From: Macrostomum lignano
Lineage: Eukaryota
Direction: 5' to 3'
Length of the DNA: 64,000 bases
Assembly: GCA_002269645.1 (NCBI GenBank)
Contig: NIVC01001255.1
Location: 124,001-188,000, forward strand
Part shown: positions 59,581 through 64,000 of the stretch, piece after piece
Layout: each line of letters opens with the position of its first letter
Position numbering within the stretch: the stretch's first letter is position 1
Notes under the pieces: model-generated
The model's database searches: none
Told to the model about the DNA's origin: nothing
What the model saw: only the letters and a program-made list of their open reading frames with translations
Made by a program: the position numbers and the translations under genes

Positions 59581-60599
59581 AACATCGCGTCGGTTTTAGT
59601 ATTAGGATGGTCCAGTGATACTTGAGTGCGGCCATAGACAAGCCCATTCCCGAAAAATAACGGACCATTATACAAGCTGTTTTGGCGTAAGTGGAGTTTA
59701 CTTACTTAAAAAACTGCACACAGAGAAAAGCCAGAGACAAAATGGGGCATTGAGTTTTGGATAATCTGGTTGTGATAGTCGATAAAGCAAATCTAATATA
59801 TTTTCACTCAGAAACTCAAAAGATTATCCTGTGTAAAAAATCGATTCATTTAAATTGAGGCTGTCACATTGGACGATGGCAATGGACGATATAATGAGAT
59901 TAATCTGTCAAAAAGTCAATTAATTGATAAGACAATTAGGTCAGATTAGCACAGTCATTAGCTTATCAGTAGAGACAATAAAATAAGAAGTGTACAGAAC
60001 ACATCACTGATTTTAAAAAAGCAATATATCAATCTAAATAAAGTGAGAACAGAAGCATACATTCGAGGGTATGTACAGAGTAAAAAGGTAAAAAAGTTGA
60101 AAGTTAAATAATAATTAAAAAACAGACAATATACTAAATAAAATATCCATCACACAGTAAGAATCATTCTATCGGATCAATATAAAATCAATAAAAACGG
60201 ATTATTCATGGAAAATGGTTTTGTTAATCATTTATGATTTGAGCAGCGCAGATAGATCTGGATATAAAGGTCGCTTCATTAATGTCTATTGTTTAGGTTA
60301 TAATATCGCTTTTTTGGCAGCAGTAGGTTTAGTCTGGCCCATAGACATAAAGCTCCAAAAATGTCTTGAAAACTGAGTGAGAGAGAGAGAGTCAAGTGAC
60401 AGGCGTTGCTTTGTCCTTTGTGCCGAGGTCTATGCCCGAACTATCAACTTGGTTGCCTTTTTCCGTCTATGTCTATGGGCAAGACCGATTCTACATGTAC
60501 TTCTGCCAAGTGTGGCCAATAGCACAGGGTTCGGCGAATCCGGCCTTCGGGTCCTTTGAAATTTCACAATAGCAATCCGGACCGCTCAATATTCATGTT

Positions 60600-61330
60600 T
60601 CTTTTCAGCTGTTTCTTCTCTCTTCCTCTCCTCTCTTGTTTCCTCTCTCCTCCCCTCTCTCCTTATCCCCTCTCTTCTCCCCCTCTCCTCTCTTCCCCTC
60701 TTCTCTCCCCCTTCCCCTCTTCTCTCCCTCTTCCCCTCTTCTCTCCCTCTTCCCTTCTTCTCTCCCTTCCCCTCTTCCCTCCCTCTTCCCCTCTTCTCTC
60801 CCCCTTCCCCTCTTCTCTCCCTCTTCCCTTCTTCTCTCCCCTTCCCCTCTTCTCTCCCTCTTCCCTTCTTCTCTCCCCCTTCCCCTCTTCTCTCCCTCTT
60901 CCCTTCTTCTCTCCCCTTCCCCTCTTCTCTCCCTCTTCCCTTCTTCTCTCCCTTCCCCTCTTCTCTCCCTCTTCCCCTCTTCTCTCCCTCTTCCCCTCTT
61001 CTCTCCCCTTCCCCTCTTCTCTCCCCTTCCCCTCTTCTCTCCCTCTTCCCTTCTTCTCTCCCCTTCCCCTCTTCTCTCCCCTTCCCCTCTTCTCTCCCCC
61101 TTCCCCTCTTCTCTTCCCCTTCCCCTCTTCTCTTCCCCTTCCCCTCTTCTCTCCCCCTTCCCCTCTTCTCTCCCCTTCCCCTCTTCTCTTCCCCTTCCCC
61201 TCTTCTCCCCCCTTCCCCTCTTCTCCCCCTTCCCCTCTTCTCTCCCCCTTTCCCTCTCTCCTCTCCCTCTTCTCTAAACTTATCTTCTGCCTTATCTTTC
61301 ATCCCATCTCTCGTCTCTCCTCCCGAGAGC
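60600..61330. repeat. CT-rich low-complexity repeat
   Basis: CTTCCCCTCTTCTCTCC variants. Confidence 0.93.
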
Positions 61331-61535
61331 TCGTAATCCCTCTCCTTTTCTTTTCTTTCTATAAAGCTGATTTCTTTAAATCTGGCCCTCGGGGTAAATA
61401 AGTTTGCCGGACCCTGGTTTAGCATCTTACTGCAATATCTGCGCGCATAGACAATAGCAATTAAAAATCACAATGCAGCTGTCTTATGTTAATCTGGTTA
61501 ATCTAAAAATTGATAAAATCTAGAAAACAATCTGA

Positions 61536-62135
61536 TCAAAGCGGCAGCTGCCAGAATCCGCAACAGGCGATGCTGTAAGCGGTGAGGTCTGGGAACAGCG
61601 CCGTGGATCTGTTAGGATTGTCCGGCGCCATCTGTTGCAATTGGCGCCAATAGCGCCAGAGCGCCAATCGAGACAGGCGCGTCAGACTGGCTGGCTGATT
61701 GAGTCCAGCCTCCCATTCTGCATCAAATAATAATTTAGCGCAGCGGCGGCCAGCCGGCGCCAGGCTGCTAGTTGGCGCCGCGGCGCCAGGCGCCAGGTGT
61801 GTCGGATTGGCGCCGAATTCCAACAGGACGCGCGCAACTTCGGCGTGATCGCGCCTGAGCGCAATGTGCAGCGCCGTGCAGCCCAGATGGCCGGCATCGA
61901 CGTTGGCACCGCTACGGAGCAGCGCCGCGGCGGCTTCGGGCCGGTTGTACAGCGCCGCCAAGTGCAGCGGCGTCATGCGCTGGGCGTTGCGACTGCCGGG
62001 CCATTGGCCGGCCGCCAGCAGCCGGCACACTTCGTCCGGACGGTTCGCCTTCACCGCCAAGTGCAGCGGTGTGTCGGAACGAAACGACGCCGGCGCCGGC
62101 GGTGCGAGCGGCGGCGATGCCGGAGCCTGCGGCGC
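61536..62135 (-). CDS. Ankyrin-repeat + SOCS-box-like (ASB-type) protein, terminal exon only
   Basis: Acceptor tttcag|GCG at 62135. Three ankyrin repeats (DTPLHLAV.., MTPLHLAA..LLRSGANVD, CTALHIAL..LLEFGANP), then PASLTRLSRLALWR (BC-box-like). No in-frame ATG precedes ankyrin 1. Confidence 0.75.
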   Translation of the reverse strand, partial: APQAPASPPLAPPAPASFRSDTPLHLAVKANRPDEVCRLLAAGQWPGSRNAQRMTPLHLAALYNRPEAAAALLRSGANVDAGHLGCTALHIALRRDHAEVARVLLEFGANPTHLAPGAAAPTSSLAPAGRRCAKLLFDAEWEAGLNQPASLTRLSRLALWRYWRQLQQMAPDNPNRSTALFPDLTAYSIACCGFWQLPL

Positions 62136-62204
62136 CTGAAAGTTTGAGTTCGATTGGAAAGTCCTCGAAGGTCCTTGTTATCCTTCAGGACACCCGCTGT
62201 CGCT

Positions 62205-62370
62205 TCAGGGTTAGAGTCGCTAATCCTTCAGGCAGCCCGCTTCCGCTTCAGGGGAAGAGTGGCTAATCCTTCAGGCAACCCGCTTCCGCTTCAGGGGAAG
62301 AGTGGCTAATCCTTCAGGCCAGCCAGATTCCGCTTCAGGGTTAGAGTCGCTAATCCTTCAGACAGCCCGC
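62205..62370. repeat. ~43-bp tandem repeat, ~4 copies
   Basis: GCTAATCCTTCAGGCAGCCCGCTTCCGCTTCAGGGGAAGAGTG variants. Confidence 0.85.
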
Positions 62371-62754
62371 TCCTAACCTCTTAACTTTCGGTCTTTCAGG
62401 CAAGATGCAAATAAAAGTACTTTTGAGTACACATGCCAATCACAGAAAAAGCAAAAATATGAATGAAATCTTTTATTTGAAGAGCCAGTGTTCTAAATAT
62501 GTTACTTGAAGTAGTTTAATGTAATAATGCCAATAACGATTGTAAAAATGCTCGAAATTCTATAGAACTATATCGAGGCTATACTGATGCTTAATGACAC
62601 AAAACAATGTTTCAAAATATGTAAAATAATGAAAATGACTATGAAACAGTTTACAGATGTCATATACTCGTATAAGCGAAAAAGGCAAAAATTCTTTAAT
62701 GCCCTAAAAAGAAATCGAGAAATCGAGTTTGAAATCCTTCAAGACTCCAAGGAA

Positions 62755-62885
62755 TCTAACAGGATTCCGATAATCCCTACAGGATTCCGTTAATCCCTAC
62801 AGGATTCTGTAAATCCCTTCAGAATTCCGATAATCCCTACAGGATTCCGATAATCCCTACAGGATTCCGATAATCTCTACAGGAT
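62755..62885. repeat. 20-bp minisatellite
   Basis: Unit ACAGGATTCCGATAATCCCT. Confidence 0.85.
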
Positions 62886-62892
62886 GTATATA

Positions 62893-63071
62893 ATCTTTGT
62901 CTGTTCTTTTGGCTCCCATGGCAGAGAAAGGCCGAGGACGCTGTTCTCAGGCCGAGGCGAAGCCGAGTTCTCAGTTCTGACTGAGACTGAGAGCCTGAGC
63001 CTGAAGGATTAGCCTTAGAATTGCGTCCTCGGCCTCTCTCTGCCATAGGAACCAAAAGAACAGACGAAGAT
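62893..63071. repeat. 49-bp inverted repeat with 81-nt spacer
   Basis: 62893-62941 and 63023-63071 are reverse complements with 4 mismatches. Confidence 0.9.
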
Positions 63072-63179
63072 CGTACTTAATCTACAGATTTTGGAAGCGA
63101 CTGGGAGTGGGAGAGAGGTATTCGTCAAAAGCGGGGGTGTGGGGGGCATGGGAGGCATGTGGGGGGAACTGAGAATCAT

Positions 63180-63736
63180 GGAACACGACTTGGAACTCGC
63201 TTTCGACTGGTTGAATGACATTGAATTGAGAGAAAACGAGGCTTCTAGATTTGCTTTACTGTCCGATAAGAGGTTGCTGAAAGGATTGACGCTGCTGTGC
63301 CGGAATCGACACGCCGGAAGGAACGATGGGCACTAAAGCAATTTGACGACTGGTTTCAGGAGAGGCAAACCAAACTGCTTCATGGAGACGCCTGCGGTCT
63401 ATCTGTGTCTACCTATCGGCCGGCATACTCTCGACTCCAATTGTGGCGAATATCACCAAACCCGTGTCTACGGATGGTAAATTCTCAAACCAGTCTCCAA
63501 GGAAGACTTGTGCCAGCAGGTTGCATCGGGCTGGACTGGCTAGGGACGATACAGCCCGCGTCACTGGACATTCGTCCAACGCAATAGAGAGGTACATACG
63601 GCTAGACGTCCAGGACCATTCGCGTATGACCTACGCTCTACACGCCGGAGGAGCCGTGGAGTCCAATGGGCGGACCAATGAGCAAGATGTCGTGTCTGAG
63701 TACTACCAAGAAGATGCGCATGACTGTCCACGGTGA
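63180..63736 (+). mobile_element. Internally deleted, frameshifted Crypton-like tyrosine-recombinase remnant
   Basis: N-terminal RFALLSDK..IDAAVPESTRRKERWALKQFDDWFQER and C-terminal KFSNQSPRKTCASRLHRAG..TARVTGHSSNAIERY. These match the Crypton/DUF3504-type pattern (H-x-x-R, TGH, catalytic Y); the central ~250 aa are missing. Confidence 0.65.
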
Positions 63737-64000
63737 CACCAACAGCGTAGAAATCATGTTCGAGTAAATCGGCAAGAATGAATCGGTCTTTACTGCTGTT
63801 GATAGTTTATACTTCTAATGGACTAACTGACAAATTATAGTCGTTCTAAAATATTCTCAGGCCTTGTTCTTAGGCCTGTTAACCGGTTAACAGGCCTCGT
63901 TTTGAGTTCTCAGGCTTAGTTTTTTAGTGAGGTTTGGCCATAGACTATCGTTCCACTAGAAAAGAAGGAGCCTAGGAATTTAGTGTGAACCGTCATATCT

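Overview
This is metazoan genomic DNA: GC-rich exons, poly-Q/poly-A tracts, GT-AG introns and a very high load of minisatellites. That combination suggests a free-living flatworm such as Macrostomum, which is an inference and not proven. I reconstructed nine protein-coding genes by hand. (1) A secreted FN2x3 + unknown domain + TSP1-repeat protein (minus strand, runs off the left edge, absent from the ORF track). (2) A 9-exon anion-selective Cys-loop channel (GluCl/GlyR-like). (3) A WCRPC thioredoxin with a long N-terminal extension. (4) A TARP/CACNG-like claudin-fold protein. (5) Beta-arrestin. (6) A divergent beta-tubulin. (7) A Na+/K+-ATPase beta-subunit-like gene. (8) An RBM47/RBM46/A1CF-family RRM protein. 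(9) An ankyrin + SOCS-box gene missing its first exon. Most long ORFs in the track are artefacts of tandem repeats. Mobile DNA includes tRNA-derived SINEs, two MITE-like elements, a possible solo LTR, a hAT remnant and an internally deleted Crypton-like tyrosine-recombinase element. The most interesting observations are: an in-frame TGA in the TARP-like gene followed by 119 open codons ending in a TARP-type PDZ ligand (TTLV); two intronic minisatellites in the RBM47-like gene that are arrays of in-frame 3' splice sites; an inverted SINE pair flanking exons 3-4 of the same gene; the unusual FN2/TSP1 architecture; and a beta-tubulin carrying Y167 and A198. Repeat boundaries are approximate and were all read by eye.
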